Under the pieces are notes generated by a model, which made no database searches, had not been told where the DNA came from, and was given only the letters and a program-made list of their open reading frames with translations. Both the position numbers and the translations under genes were made by a program. Of a stretch of 64,000 bases of DNA, positions 11,470-24,744 are shown in pieces (the stretch's first letter is position 1; the number at the start of each line of letters is the position of its first letter). Source of the DNA: Raja brachyura (taxonomy: Eukaryota); assembly GCA_963514005.1 (NCBI GenBank), contig OY740785.1, forward strand, positions 79,608,001 to 79,672,000, written 5' to 3'.

Positions 11470-11716
11470 AACTTCAGATAGCCCTTGCTTTCTCTCTCCA
11501 TCCCCTTCCCCATCCCAGTTTTCCCACTAGTCTTACAGTTTCTGACTACATTCTATCCTTGTCCCACTCCCTCCCCTGACATCAGTCTGAAGAAGGGACT
11601 CGACCCGAAATGTCGCCCATTCCTTCTCTCCAGAGATGCTGCCTCATCCACTGAGTTACTCGAGCATTGTGTGTCCACCTTCGATTTAAACTAGCATCTG
11701 CAGTTCTTTCTTACAC
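11470..11716 (+). mobile_element. Penelope-like element 3' tail carrying a minimal hammerhead motif
   Basis: cagtCTGAAGAagggactcgacccGAAAtgtc at 11583-11614, then ccagagatgctgcc; same tail as the Penelope at 34260-34360. Confidence 0.7.
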
Positions 11717-11845
11717 GCCAGGTCCATTATGGTTGGGTGTTGATAGAAATGTACTTGGATAGGTTTTGTCATTGGTCTGCTGTAGCTACTTGTATTCCAA
11801 AAATCATATAGGATTCAGCACGAAGCAATGAAACCAATGATATTG

Positions 11846-12082
11846 GGTGGCAGTGGCGCAGCAGTAAAGTTGCTGCCCCACGGCACCAGGGACCAGGGTT
11901 GGATCCTGACTACCGGTGCTGTCTGTACGGAGTTGTACTCCATAGACGTACAGGTTTGTAGGTTAATTGGCTTCTGTATATTGTAAATTGTCCCTCGTGT
12001 GCAAGATGCTGCTAGTGTATGGGGTGAGCTGGACGGCGCTGACTCGGTGGGCCGATGGGCCTGTTTCCATGCTGTATGTCTA
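11846..12082 (+). mobile_element. tRNA-derived V-SINE
   Basis: gtggcgcagcagtaaagttgctgcc...gggttggatcctgactac (A/B box), ggtttgtaggttaattggc core, gggcctgtttcc tail. Confidence 0.75.
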
Positions 12083-13914
12083 GTTAATTATATTTTTTCA
12101 AGAGTTTCAGACCTCTTATCCAAAGCTGTTTTAAAGAAGAGTGCTGAATAATGCTAGCATCTCATATTCCTCCTGGGTAGTCTATACCCTATAGGTATGA
12201 ACATTGAACTCTCCAGTTTTAAGTAACATCATTCCCTGTTTTACTTTACTCATTCCTTTTGTTCCTGTCACTTCCAATCAGCCTGTTTCAATCCCTCCTC
12301 CATCTGGTTCCGTCCGCTTATCATTCGCCTTTATCTGGTTCCACTTATCACCTTCCTTACTTATCAGACTCCAACATTGGCATCCTCTTGTGTTTCTACT
12401 TGCCACATTCCAGCTATATCGCTATCTCCACCCTATCCTTAACCTCTCCCCCCACCCCCCATACACACACACCACCACAAGCCTGTCTCCATCTGCCCCC
12501 CTTCCCCTCTCTCTCCTTTCCTGACCAACTACCGACCAGCCATTGACGCCACACCACCCGCTCTATTCCACCCGACTCCATCTGGTCCTCATTGTCCACC
12601 TTTTCTGATTTCACCCATCTCCTGCCAACCCCTGCTTCACCCCTCTATCTCACCTCTTTACTATTGGCTCGCTCTCCTCTATATTCTCAGACCTGATGCT
12701 GACTCAAGATGTCAACCTTGCCTCCATAAAAACTGACCGATATGCTGTTCTTCCACCAGTTTGTTGTTTATTATAGAATACAGCATCTACAGTCTCAAGT
12801 CACCTGTATCATCCTAAATTACTCAATAACATCTAAAGTCTTGAGATTAATAACAACCTTTCTCCATTATGCAAATTGTTGAACCTTTCTCTATAATGCA
12901 AAATGTTGAACAAGTTGCTTTTTCCTTTAAAAAGTTCAACGAATCCAAGTAATCTAAATAAAGAATTTCCATTTATTTGTCTGCTTGCTAAATTTGGCTC
13001 ATTCCCCATTTAGACCTTAATTAGTTCTGAGTTTTGCAGAAAACCTGGTGAGGCTTTATTTCCAATACAGAATAGCATGATGAAAAATATACAAGAACAC
13101 CCAAGTGTCACTGTCTCAGAATTTGCTTTCAAGTCGTAATTTTTTTTGGCAAGCAATAACATTACAAAAACAACACAGTCTATAATAGAATCAGCTCCAT
13201 TCATCTTTTGAATTGTTTACAAACCAATGGTCGATAATTGTCACTGTCCTTGAACTTGGTGACCCGGGTGTATTGAATAAAATATTGAATTGTCCATACT
13301 GGGATTCTTTTAGGGCATGGGTACTTCCAAGGCATCATTCAGATTTTTTGGTTAAATATAGAAAAAGTCTGTATTTTGTTCTGTGCATTGTTAAATCCAA
13401 TTACTTCAATAACATATTGTTTATACAACTTTACTCGTATTATTGCCAAAATGCATTAGCAGCTCATGGGAAAAACAATCACAAAATTTACAGTCATTCT
13501 TTTAAACAGAAAAAAAAAATCTTTGAGCAATGAAAATTAAAAGCTTTTCAACTTTAAAAATAAAGTTTTTAATAATAATAAAATTTAATAATAATAAAAT
13601 TGACTGCTCTTATTGCGTCCAGTTAGACTACACAGGAGAATTGGTCCAGATTTATTTCTAAGGGAATCCCAAGCTCGTACTGAGGTTATAGAATTTGAGG
13701 ATCATTGTAAAGTCACACCCCACTATCTTCATAAAAATAATTAGATAATCAGTCTGGCCACCAGAGACATCCAGCTCCTTTACCACTGCATTACATTTAT
13801 AGCATCAACAAAGAACATCCTTTTATGCTTGTGTTAGAGTTGCCTTTTCCTGTGGATATTAATTTCTGCTAAAATAGAAATCATGTTGTGTATATTGTAA
13901 TTAGAATTAGGGAT

Positions 13915-14095
13915 TAGAAACATAGAAACATAGAAAATAGGTGCAGGAGTAGGCCATTCGGCCCTTCGAGCCTGCACCGCCATTCAATGTGATCATGGCT
14001 GATCATCCAACTCAGTATCCCGTACCTGCCTTCTCTCCATACCCCCTGATCCCTTTAGCCACAAGTGCCACATCTAACGCCCTCTTAAATATAGC
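13915..14095 (-). mobile_element. Young CR1 3' end with (CATAGAAA)n tail
   Basis: Near-identical to 31103-31275 and to the reverse complement of 45685-45858. Confidence 0.9.
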
Positions 14096-16234
14096 AGATT
14101 GTTATACAAAAAGCCAAATTTGTAAGTATATTCTTTAAAGTACCAATTTGGGCAAGTGCGATGTAGTGACAAAACATTTCTATTGATATTGAAATTCATT
14201 ATTAATTTCTCTGATTACCGTAATAAAGTGGATAATTTACTATTCTAGTTAATGGGCAAAAGCATGTGTATTTCTGCAACTGCCCATTGATTAAACTCAC
14301 TCTCCCAAGTACTTACTGGCCTGATGTGGATGTGGGACCAATTGTTGTGGGTCTTCAGACCAGGTACCAACGTCTCATCAGTGATTAGGTCTTAGGTGGC
14401 ATGGCCCCGGGGCCCAACTCAAGGAATGCACTGCCAGCTTTTGACAGTGTCAAGAACGCAGGAATAGCTTCATTTTCCAACAAAGTCTGTAGAGGCTTAC
14501 CGAGGTTTTTTTTTTTCCGGATATTCGGTGACAAATACAAATCATTCAAGTGGCTTGAAATTATTACAAATATATTTAAAAAAATAAAAACACCAATGGA
14601 ACATTGACATCAATTGAACTAGGTAGCAAACCAAGTAAGCTGATTTTTTTCCTAAATGTCTACCTTGAAAACAATGGGAATTTCCAGTCTGGCTAGAGGA
14701 GGATCACGTAATGCTGGGGAATCTCAGCACAACCAGACTCTGGTCCTGGAGGCAAAGTAGTAAGGAGCATCTTAGCCTTGGTGGTTTCCTTTGGATTTGT
14801 CAAACATTGCCAAGTCAAAATTAGCTAATTGTAATTTTTAATTGTTAGACATAACCTTAATCATAGACCTGGATCTATAAAGGGTCTTTGCTATCTTTAA
14901 ATTAATGAGTCCTTTGACACCCAATTATAAAATGAGAGTAAAGCTTCTAGTTTGCTTAATCAGCATGCATTCTGCCATTCCAAGTAATTAACTTCCCCAC
15001 CAGATGCACTGTTCAGAAATCACCAATGTTTTGTTCAAGTTAACTAAATTAGTGATCTCTACTGTATAGAGCAAAAGCACAAGGGTCAAGGGAAGACCAT
15101 CACCTGCACTCTCCTTCAAGCAGACATCATCCAGACAGGCGGCTTCACTATAATTGGATCACAAGTCAAAACTCTTTACCTTGCAGCGCTGTAGGAATAC
15201 TTATAAAAGGATTGCCACACTTCATTAAGCCGACTCACCACTTACCTTTTCAAGGACAATTTGAAATGGAGCCTATATCCCAGTGAGATTTTAAAAAAAT
15301 TAAATGGCATTCTTGAACAGGACAGTAAATAATGCATTATTTTTGAGTATTTAAATTTTTCTTCGAGCATTTGGCTACTTTGCCTCGAGAAGGCAGTGGT
15401 AGGTCATCTTTGTAACTGATGCAATCCATGTGAAGATGCTCTTACAAATGTAGCTAGATTGTTGCATGCATATGGTCTAGATTAGGATATGATAATTTCC
15501 GAGTCAAGTTGGCAAGTCAAGAGTCTCATTATTGTTATCCTTGTGCTTCTAGGTAACCTTAACTAATTTATCTCAACACCTTTAGATGTGTCACTACAAG
15601 ACAGTTTGCTGCATTTTCTACTAGCAAATTGTGACTCTCCGAATCACAAATATACTTCAGCCTTATTTTGACTGGAGACAGGCTTGGATAGAAACTCTCA
15701 AAAATACTATACTGAAATTTCCTTTGGAATTTCCCTTGGGTGACAGATGACTTCTGTTACAGTCCTGTGCGGTCTGAAGTGGCTGACAAGTCTACTTATC
15801 TACAACTTTCAAAGTTCTACTTCTAGTAGAATGCATTTTCATTCCTGAATTGTTTTTATTGAAGCAAATCTCTAACATCATTTCTTTTACCAAAGATGTG
15901 GATTATTATTTTAAACATTTTTCATCCAGCTTGTTTTTACTGCTGCATGGATAAATGTGTTTTAAATGCCAATTTCATTGCCTTCCCCCTACCCACCCCA
16001 AAAGGTGATAGGAAACACTACCATTGGGCTGTGTGCTGTGACCGTGCCTTTCTGATAAGTTATCGACCTCAGAATGTATAATTATAGAACGGTTTCAGTG
16101 TTGGTGGTAGAATGTCAATTGCTGTTTGCATGAAAATTCCTGAGAAAACCTTGTGGTCTTCAAACTCGGGCTACAAAATGTTGTAATAGTACTGTTGGTG
16201 GCACTACACAGTGATAGTAGATGTAATAAAAATG

Positions 16235-16447
16235 AACTGCAGGTGCTGGGTTTATACCAAAGATAGACACTAGTGCTGGAGTAACTCAGTGGGTCAGGCA
16301 GCATCTCTGGAGAAGATGAATAAGTGACGTTTTAGGTCAGGACCTATCTTGAGACTGAAGAAAGGTCCTGACTGAAACGTCACCTATCCCTCTTCTCCAG
16401 AGATGCTGCCTGACCCGCTGATTTACTTCAGCATTTTGTGTCTATCT
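16235..16447. mobile_element. Inverted pair of Penelope-type tails forming a ~190-nt hairpin
   Basis: agatagacac..gctggagtaactcagtgggtcaggcagcatctctggagaag pairs with cttctccagagatgctgcctgacccgctga..gtgtctatct; CTGAAGA..GAAACGTC near the centre. Confidence 0.8.
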
Positions 16448-16879
16448 CAGCTAGTAGACGTTCTGCCTCACAGTTCAAATGTAAAGGTGGGTGTTTGGTG
16501 GTGAGAGTGGAATCAGTGGGTCAAAGGGCTTGTTTTCATGCTGTATTTCTTGGCATGACATCAAATTAATGGCAGTAATTCTTGTTTCAACCACAGCTTT
16601 CTTATTTGACTCAAGGTTCTGGGTTAAAAGTGAAAAAAAATCTACATTGTGGTAGGTAATCTCTGACAGACCAGATATTAAATGGAGACAGCATATTTTG
16701 GAAATAATCAGCAGGTCAAGTAGCATTTGGTCTGAAAAAATATTTTGTTTTCTCTTTCCACAGATGCTGCCTGACCTGTTGAGTGTTTCTAGCAGTTCCT
16801 GTTTAGTTTTAAATTCAGATTTGCAGCATCTGCAGTTGTTTGATTTGTGTTATAAGAGGCCATATCTTTCTTCTAGGTT

Positions 16880-17100
16880 GTATATAAAAGATCCCATAGC
16901 ATTGTTTGACCAGGAGGGAGGGAGATTTTCTGAGACCCAACATTTAGTCTCCAACCAATAAAAAGGAAGATTATCTGTTCAATTACTCCTGAGTTTATTT
17001 GGTACACACCATCATTGTGTTGTCTTTATTAAAAATAGTTAATTGATTGTAACGTGTTCTAGGACATTGAGGCCATGACAAGTGACGGTGTAAATGAGGG
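16880..17100 (+). mobile_element. Old, degraded SINE resembling the Deu-domain (SacSINE1-like) family
   Basis: aaagatcccatagcatt...gattatctgttcaatta...ggacattgaggccatga resembles my recollection of the DeuSINE core and tail; heavily diverged. Confidence 0.4.
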
Positions 17101-17435
17101 TTCATTTAATAGCAATTAATGGAGGCAACAGATATTTCAGAGACAGTACAGCGTAATTCCTAGAGGGGGATGACCCGAAGTGCTGCAATAGAAAGTTACA
17201 GTTTTTATAACTGATGGCTATGCGGTCAATTTATCGTTTCCGATAACTTACTTAAGAATTACTGCAAAACAATAATCAATATATCACACGGCACAATAAT
17301 AAAAACAAAACCATCTAAAAGTATAATCAACTTTTTTTTTCCACACGTTCCAACCAATGCCCTTCTGTAGAAGCCAGCTTTTTATTTTACAAACGTGCTT
17401 TTTGCTTCACATTGTTTTCTTGTATTTGAATACAG

Positions 17436-17526
17436 TGGAGAATATCAAACTGGATGTGGAAAGGCCACCCTAATTATCATTCTGAAGCAGGACCAATTCC
17501 GGAACAGCGACTATCTGCTGTTACAG
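17436..17526 (+). other. Candidate internal exon (91 nt) of an unidentified gene or lncRNA
   Basis: T-rich tract + tacag| acceptor and cag|gtaaaa donor. Two frames are open (WRISNWMWKGHPNY... and GEYQTGCGKATLII...). Unique sequence; no homology recognised. Confidence 0.3.
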
Positions 17527-18249
17527 GTAAAAAATGTATAATTGTCAATAGTTAGTAATCTCACATGTATATGCAAAGTGCAGTTAAATATAGTTCTTTC
17601 ATATTCAAACATGATCTTATAAGTAACAATCACAAAATAATTTGATAAAATATTGACATAGACATGAGCTTAGTATGGAAGTAATATTTGAAAGAGGTTG
17701 TTATAAAACAGTGTAGGTAGTTATATTTCTAGATATTAGAGATTACACCAATGGGAATTGTGAACAATTCCTCATTTTATTCTATAGTAAGTCATGCCCT
17801 CTTCAGGGCGAATGTATATCCAACATGCATTATTAAATGTGAAAGGGGGAGGGGGCTTTATTTGTGGTGCATGTAATTCAAAATTATGATAGGCAGAGAA
17901 TCAGCATATGCTTATTTTACTTTGTTTAGAAAAGTCCAAATATCACTATCATGGAAGCAAGGTTATGAATGTTATTGACAGTGGGACAAAGTGTCTTATT
18001 TTACCAAAGTAATATAATCTTCTGCAGCACAAAATTCAAAGATTATCCGAAACCTCATTCATATCTCATTGCTAGATGTGGAACTACCATCTGCATAGTT
18101 CAGATCAGAAAAGTTCCGAGTCATCTCTGGGTGATCTTATAAAATTACAAGACAATTTTTCAAAAAACAGAAAATTTACTTTTGTGTAAACATTCCATTT
18201 GCATGTCACAGATTAAAGAGATTATCCAATTCTTGAAAATCCACTATTT

Positions 18250-21200
18250 TTCACACCTCTCCGGATCCTCCATTCTGATTTTGCATTGCGGAAATTATCC
18301 ACTTTGTTGTACGCATTGTTGTCAATGCTAGGATTTCATGACAGAACGCTTTCATGCTCACTTTCAAAATTCCTGGGGCGTTTAACGCCGCAAATAAAAT
18401 TCCCACTCCAGTTACACTATTGTACAAACCATGTCTACTGTTCGTGCCAAAAGGATGACATGTCTTTGAAGAAGAATACTCAATTTAGTAGAGAAATATT
18501 ATTTTGCATGAAATCAAAATGGTACAGCAACAAAAAAAAAACATCTTTGTAACTGGTGAGTCGTTGCAGTTTAAAAGTGGGATATAATATATTAATTATA
18601 GCTATATCTACATTCAATGATTTTTCTGAGTCCTGCAAGATTAAAAATCCATTGGTATTCGATTTTAAAGATTGATTAATACATTCATAATATTTTTAGC
18701 ATTGTCGAAAATCTGCGTTTTAACATTGGAATTTCGAGTAGATTCATAGAAAATCAAATCGGCTCACAGATCAATGCCCAAATCCGTGCGCTTTCAGTTT
18801 CCTTGACCGTAATCGTGTTTCTATATAACATTCCGCTGCCGAAACTGACCATTCATACAATCTGGAAGACTTCACGTTGTGAGAGCAAATCTCGCCAGTC
18901 ACAACATGATGCCGGTTTAGCAACTGTTAAAATACACAGTTCTGAAAGCTGTTTGGAGTTTAGCATAAGCATCTTATCACAACACATTACCACGAAAACT
19001 ACATCTAGTCTGTAATTCAAATGTCAATGTTATTTTATTTTACCTAAATTTTATAAACTAGGTATGTTTATCCACGCCATATCAACTTTTGCTCGAGTCA
19101 TTGTTGTGTGTGATGAAATTGAATTATTTCAAGTTATTAAACGACGCATCGATGTGTTCGCAATTCTTATTAGCTGGTAAAATACTTAATAAAATGCACC
19201 AAATCAAAATTCAAACAATGATCTTTATAATCACTGGCAAAATATTATGCCCCTAGAAACAATGAAGCTTCATCAGGATTTTTTTTTTCACCAACAAGCA
19301 ACATATGCTTTCTTTTGTAGAAATAAAACAAACCTGCTGGGGGCAGTAGGCGGGGATTAATAGTGTTGCAACGCGCCTCAGTTTTGAGCCACGAGATCAT
19401 TAACGAGTCGCCTTTGGATTATTGTCACTTCATCGACCTTTGCAATTGCACAAACCTGTGCTTTGCGGTTTGCATTAAGGGCAGTGAAGGGACCAACACT
19501 TAAACAAAAATCAGACAGAAAGTAAGCAGTTTTATTTACGGATACACTTCTAAGCCTTTGGGTGACATGCTTCTACTCATCTTTTCCAGGGCTTAGGAAA
19601 CTGATGAATAATGATGTCTATGCGTTCCGGACCTCTTCGTTGATTTTTTTTTGCAGGCACGCGACTGCGAATCACAACTCACGATGGAATTACGGCGGAA
19701 AATTACATGCACCTTGCATCGATAAATATGGTCCAACTGCCAACACTACACCTTTACGGAAAGAAGGGTAATCATGCATCGTCTCGGGGGTTTCTCCATG
19801 CTTATATGTACAGAATTAACGCGGCGTGCTCACTCTCAAGATGCCAGAAATCGTGCTCAATTTTGATGAGAAAGTGAAATGCTGAAATGATTCCTGCTCC
19901 AACAACATATCGGTCATTATAAATGCCATTTTATATCACACGGACATGCCAAATTTACTGATGCGAGCTTTAGGCAAGACTGCACGGGGGAAGGGGGTAG
20001 AGATAACATTGCTATCGATGACGATAAAAACGCAGCTCTTAAACAAGCAGCTTGAATCAGCATGCGCCCAGTGCAACATTTTGCTTCAGTCCAGTGCATC
20101 ATCCACTTACCTTTGTAGGTGAAACGGTGTTTTAAAAAAAATCTGCAGTTATTCTTTTTCGCTAGATCCGAAATCAATTGAATCCTACCATTCGAGTTAA
20201 AAAACAATGATAATGGTTGAGTCACAATGTTTGATGCAGGTCCAGTGGAACTGTGTGTATTCTGTTCAACAGGGCTCACGTCAGCTCTGAATTATGGGGG
20301 TACTGCTAAAGCAGGAGCGAATCTCAGCGTCAGTCCCCGTGAATCATACACTCCATATATTCGCTTTCTTTTGGAAGTAGTAACGTGGTTAGTTGATGTC
20401 ATATGGTCTGAGTCTGCGCGGCTACAAGAAGTCCGCCTCCCGTGAAGGATCTGCTGCTGCCTGAGATGGTCAGTTTCAGCCGCGCTGCAACGATGGAACA
20501 GAAATGTACTCTGTCAGATGCAAGGGAAAGAAACGTGCAATTCCGATTTCACAGCACTTCATCTTGAAACACTTCCACGCCATTCATGATAGAATATTCA
20601 ACGTGATAATTGTTAGGAATTCCACTATTTTATGTCAATCACATCTTTGACAATTACATTTATTTTTTTAAATTCTATCTGCATATATTTCAGTCACAAG
20701 GTAAACATATTTGCAAATGCTTTTATTTGAGGAATTTGCAATGCCAACATATGAAAATATAAGAATCCTTTACTGCCCAGACATTCACATTTTCTAAAAA
20801 ACGTTTCTTCAATTTAGAGTTGAGGTCTAAGGAAATTGTGCGTGAAACCGTTCAATGTTTAACGGGAAAGCGTTAAGTCAAAGTAAGCCAATGTGTCGGT
20901 ATGTTACATAATAGAGCATTCAGATCACGTATGTCGGTGCCTGGAATATGAGGAAACGTTTTGTTATTGTGAAAAATATCTGAATGAAATCAGCCTATTA
21001 ATGATTTCTATAAAAAGTAGATTCTCAAATAAAGGTAACCTTAAAAGATAACATTGCAATAAAGGTATTTCATTTTAAGACTTCAAACAAGGTTTTAAAT
21101 CGCTATTTAGATAATTTAAATCGGCAAGATTGAAAATAACGTTTTGAACTTACTTTTGCAGTGAAAAAGATGTTCGTTATAATTTGCCTGTGCCAGTATA

Positions 21201-21300
21201 TTTAGGGCGTGCAGGTTGTATTTGGAATCAGCATTAGGTATGGAGGGTTAGCTTATCGTGTCTTGAACGCTTAAAATACATTTTACAACAGAGTAGCGCA
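18250..21300. promoter_or_regulatory. Repeat-free, CpG-retaining block; putative regulatory or promoter region
   Basis: Visibly more CG dinucleotides than the flanks and no recognisable TE. GC box ggcgggg at ~19349. Strong minus-strand donor AAG|GTAAGT at ~20105-20113. Confidence 0.4.
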
Positions 21301-21884
21301 GTTTAAAAAAAATCTATGGTGTTCCTTTCTACATCTATCATGGTAATCTGGATGAAAATTGTCATTTTATATGAACCATTGACATAATTTAAGTTGTTTG
21401 TTTCCAATTGCATTTTCATTACTTTATATTTAATTTGTGTTTCTATTAACTTTATTACTTATGAGAACATGATATAAAATATTTTCTAATTAAATGGACA
21501 TCAGAACCAAAAATCCTCAGCTGTTTCAAGTGTTCAAAACATAAACATTAAATGAACAACATAAACAATGGAGATGGTCAGAGTATCCACTTCTAGGTTG
21601 CTAAGAAGTATCTTCCACCTTGTAGTCTTACGAGAATGATGTGACTGCAGAGCAGAGTGGTATAATATGTGATAGACATTGTCGCCAATTGTTTAGCCTT
21701 TAAAGATTCAAACATTAGTCAGTGGGATGTGTAACCAAGTTGAAAAGGTACTAAGAACATCTCTTGGATTAGTGGAAATGCACAGAAGTCAAACATTCAT
21801 GGATCTGTGGTGGACTCCTAAAGTTCAAAAGAATATATCCATTCCAGTCTGTAAGGCCCAGAACTGTTATAAATAATCTTTTAT

Positions 21885-22128
21885 AAACACTTTTTCTCAC
21901 AGAGTTGTGAGTCTGTGGAATTCTCTGCCTCAGAGGGCAGTGGTGGCCGGTTCTCCAGATACTTTCAAGAGAGAGTTAGATAGGGTGCTTAAAGATAGCG
22001 TAGTCAGGGGATATGGGGAGAAGGCAAGAACGTGGTACTGATTGGGGATGATCAGCCATGATCACATTGAGTGGCGGTGCTGGCTCGAAGGGCCGAATGG
22101 CCTACTCCTGCATTTATTGTCTATTGCC
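21885..22128 (+). mobile_element. CR1 3' end, subfamily with a TATTGTCTATTG tail
   Basis: cagagagttgtgagtctgtggaattctctgcc...gaagggccgaatggcctactcctgc. Confidence 0.85.
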
Positions 22129-22604
22129 TGGATGATTCAGTTTTTGTACAACTGCACAAAAACTTCCTTTTCTTTATGTTTTCCATCAGTTTAAATTACG
22201 AACATTTTATCTGCTGTTTTGAATATATTTTGAACTTGGCTGTTAGGTTTTGATGGGATAGTTGTCGGGCTTCATTCATGTGTTCCTAAATTTATGAATT
22301 TCTGCAGTTTGCAGCACATTGCCATTTATAAAAATACTCCATTCTATCCATTTGGTCCAAAACATTGGTAACATATGGTTTATTTTGGACAGTTTGATTG
22401 GTCACATTAAAAACAATGTTTGTTGATATATAATTCTTTGATCCTGCCTATAACCTATTTTACTACCCATTCTCTTGTTATTGACAACACTTTATCATGA
22501 TTTCTAAATCATTAATAAATTGAGGAGACTGGAACGTAGATTGAAGTGGCATTCCATAAGTCACTTTCAATCAGTTTTAAAATCTAGCTATTATTCCTAA
22601 ACTA

Positions 22605-23090
22605 GATACCTAAAATCGATGTTCCACCAATTGGTGGTAGCCAGCGCCATCGTCTTTGCCGTTGTGTGCTGAGACAACAGGATTAACAAGCTCATCAGAA
22701 AGGCTGTCAACGTTCTGGGGGCGGAGTTGGATTCATGGGAGGTGGGCTTGGAGGGGAGGATGCTCCTCAAATTGCGGATCATTTTGGACAATACAGCTCA
22801 CCCCCTCCACGATACACTGGTCAACCTGAAGAGTAGCTTCGGCAACAAACTGGTTCCACCAAGATGCAGAACAGAACAACACAGGAGATCCTTCATCCCA
22901 GTGGCTATTAAACTATACAACTCTTCCCTCTTCTGTCATAGGGTAGACTGACTCCTCTGCCCCCTCCCGTTCCCCAATCTGCTCATCCCAATCCTTTCTA
23001 CCCGACTTTAATTTCATGTTTCATGCATCTTGTGTTTTATGACTGTTGACAGATCAATTTCCCTCCTGGAATAAATAAAGTATTGTATCG
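22605..23090 (+). mobile_element. Rex1/Babar LINE 3' fragment
   Basis: Peptide ILDNTAHPLHDTL...PPRCRTEQHRRSFIPVAIKLYN; UTR ends aataaataaag. Confidence 0.75.
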
Positions 23091-23316
23091 TAAACTCTGT
23101 GCTAAAAATATATTCAGAGGGGCCTTCTTGTGAATTTTATAATCTGAATTGCTATCATTTGTGCATGGCTTTTGCTGTTTTCAAAATTTGTGCTGCATCC
23201 AGCAATAGAGGGATGCGGTGAAACCCGGTAAACCACGACCATTTCCTATATTTTGAGGCTACCTACTTCTTCCTGAAGGCAAACATTATTGATGAAATTC
23301 ATGATTGGCTTCAATA

Positions 23317-24068
23317 TCCATCCATCCATCCATCCATGTATGTCACGATTCTCCTCTTCTCCAAGCGCACCAAGGTTTGTTCTGACCGGTGAAATAGTAG
23401 AAAAGTTATGAAGGTTTAAAAAACGGTGAGATCAGCAGATTGGTCTTCTCGCCTGTCAATCACCATGAAGGTAACGCCCCCTCCGGCACCCGCGGAGAAT
23501 AAAACCTCGGAGGCGGGGCTGAGTCCATGAGCAGCATGTTAAGTTGAATAGGATGCCTCTGAGTGAAAGCGGAGTGGGACCAGGAACAACAGCTTGAGGC
23601 CGTAAGCTGAAGGTGTGGGGTGAGCAGAGTATGAGGTGCGTCTTTTGCGACCACCCCTCTTCCCCCTCCGCCCACCACACCTCCCCTCCCCTTCCCCCCC
23701 CCACACTCCCCCGCCCCACACACCCCTTCCCCACATACCCCCTTCCCCCACCCTCCCCTTCCCCCAAACCCCCCTTCCCCACAATCCCCCTTCCCCACAA
23801 CCCCCCTCCCCCACACCCCCCCTCACACCCCCCCACCCCCTCCCTTACACCCCCACACCCCCTCCCCCCACCACCCACACCCCCCACAACTCCCACTGCC
23901 CACACCCCCATCCCTCCTCCCACACCATGCTCTCCCACCCACCCCACCCCCCTTCCTGCACCCTCCCACTCCCCACCCCCCCTTCCCAACCCCACCCCCT
24001 CTCCCCCCACTTCCCCACCCCCTCTACCGAACCCCACCCCCCCTCCCAATGGGTCCCACTTAGTCTAA
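23317..24068 (+). mobile_element. Non-autonomous Helitron-like element with a ~400-bp C-rich tract
   Basis: Possible A|TC start (tccatcc..). 3' end cccaatggg hairpin remnant + tcccacttagtCTAA|T (CTRR). Confidence 0.6.
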
Positions 24069-24744
24069 TGTAAGCTTAAAAGAGTGAAGTAGCTCACAAA
24101 CCACCCACTCAATGTCCAGTCGGCCACTACCTGCCCCATCTGTAAAAGAGTCAATGGTTATGGGGAGAAGGCACGAGAATGGAATTGAGAGGGAAAGATA
24201 GATCAGCCATGATTGAATGGCGAACCAGACTAGATGAGCCAAATAGCCTACTCTGCTCCAAAGACTTGTGAACTAATGCGTTTGAGTGAAAGTAAGTCAT
24301 CCTCAATCCTGAACTATTAATTGTACACCATACATGCATACATTGGAGGCCGTGTGGTGTGCATGGCGCTGAACTTAGAATCATATAGTCATACAACATA
24401 ACAACAGGCAATTAGGCCCAGCATATCCACCGATCTATATTAATCCCATCTTTCAGCTCTTGCCTTATAGCCTTTTATGCTAAGGGGATTCAAGTGCTTG
24501 TCTGGACACAAACATTTAGACAGGTACATGAATAGGACATGTTGAGAGGGATATGGGTCAAATACAGGCAGGTGGGTCTAGTGTGGATGGAATATTTTGG
24601 TTGGTGTGGGCAAGTTGGGCCACAGGGCCTGTTTCTACACTGTATGATTCTATGATCTTATAATTGACGTCAGCAACTCAGCTTCCACCACTCTCTCAAT
24701 GTATTCCAAGTACTCATCATTTTTTGGGTGAAAAAAATCTATCT

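Noticed and set aside
12858-12912. 27-bp tandem duplication (cctttctc.at.atgcaaa.tgttgaa)
   Set aside because: Only two copies; ordinary slippage duplication.
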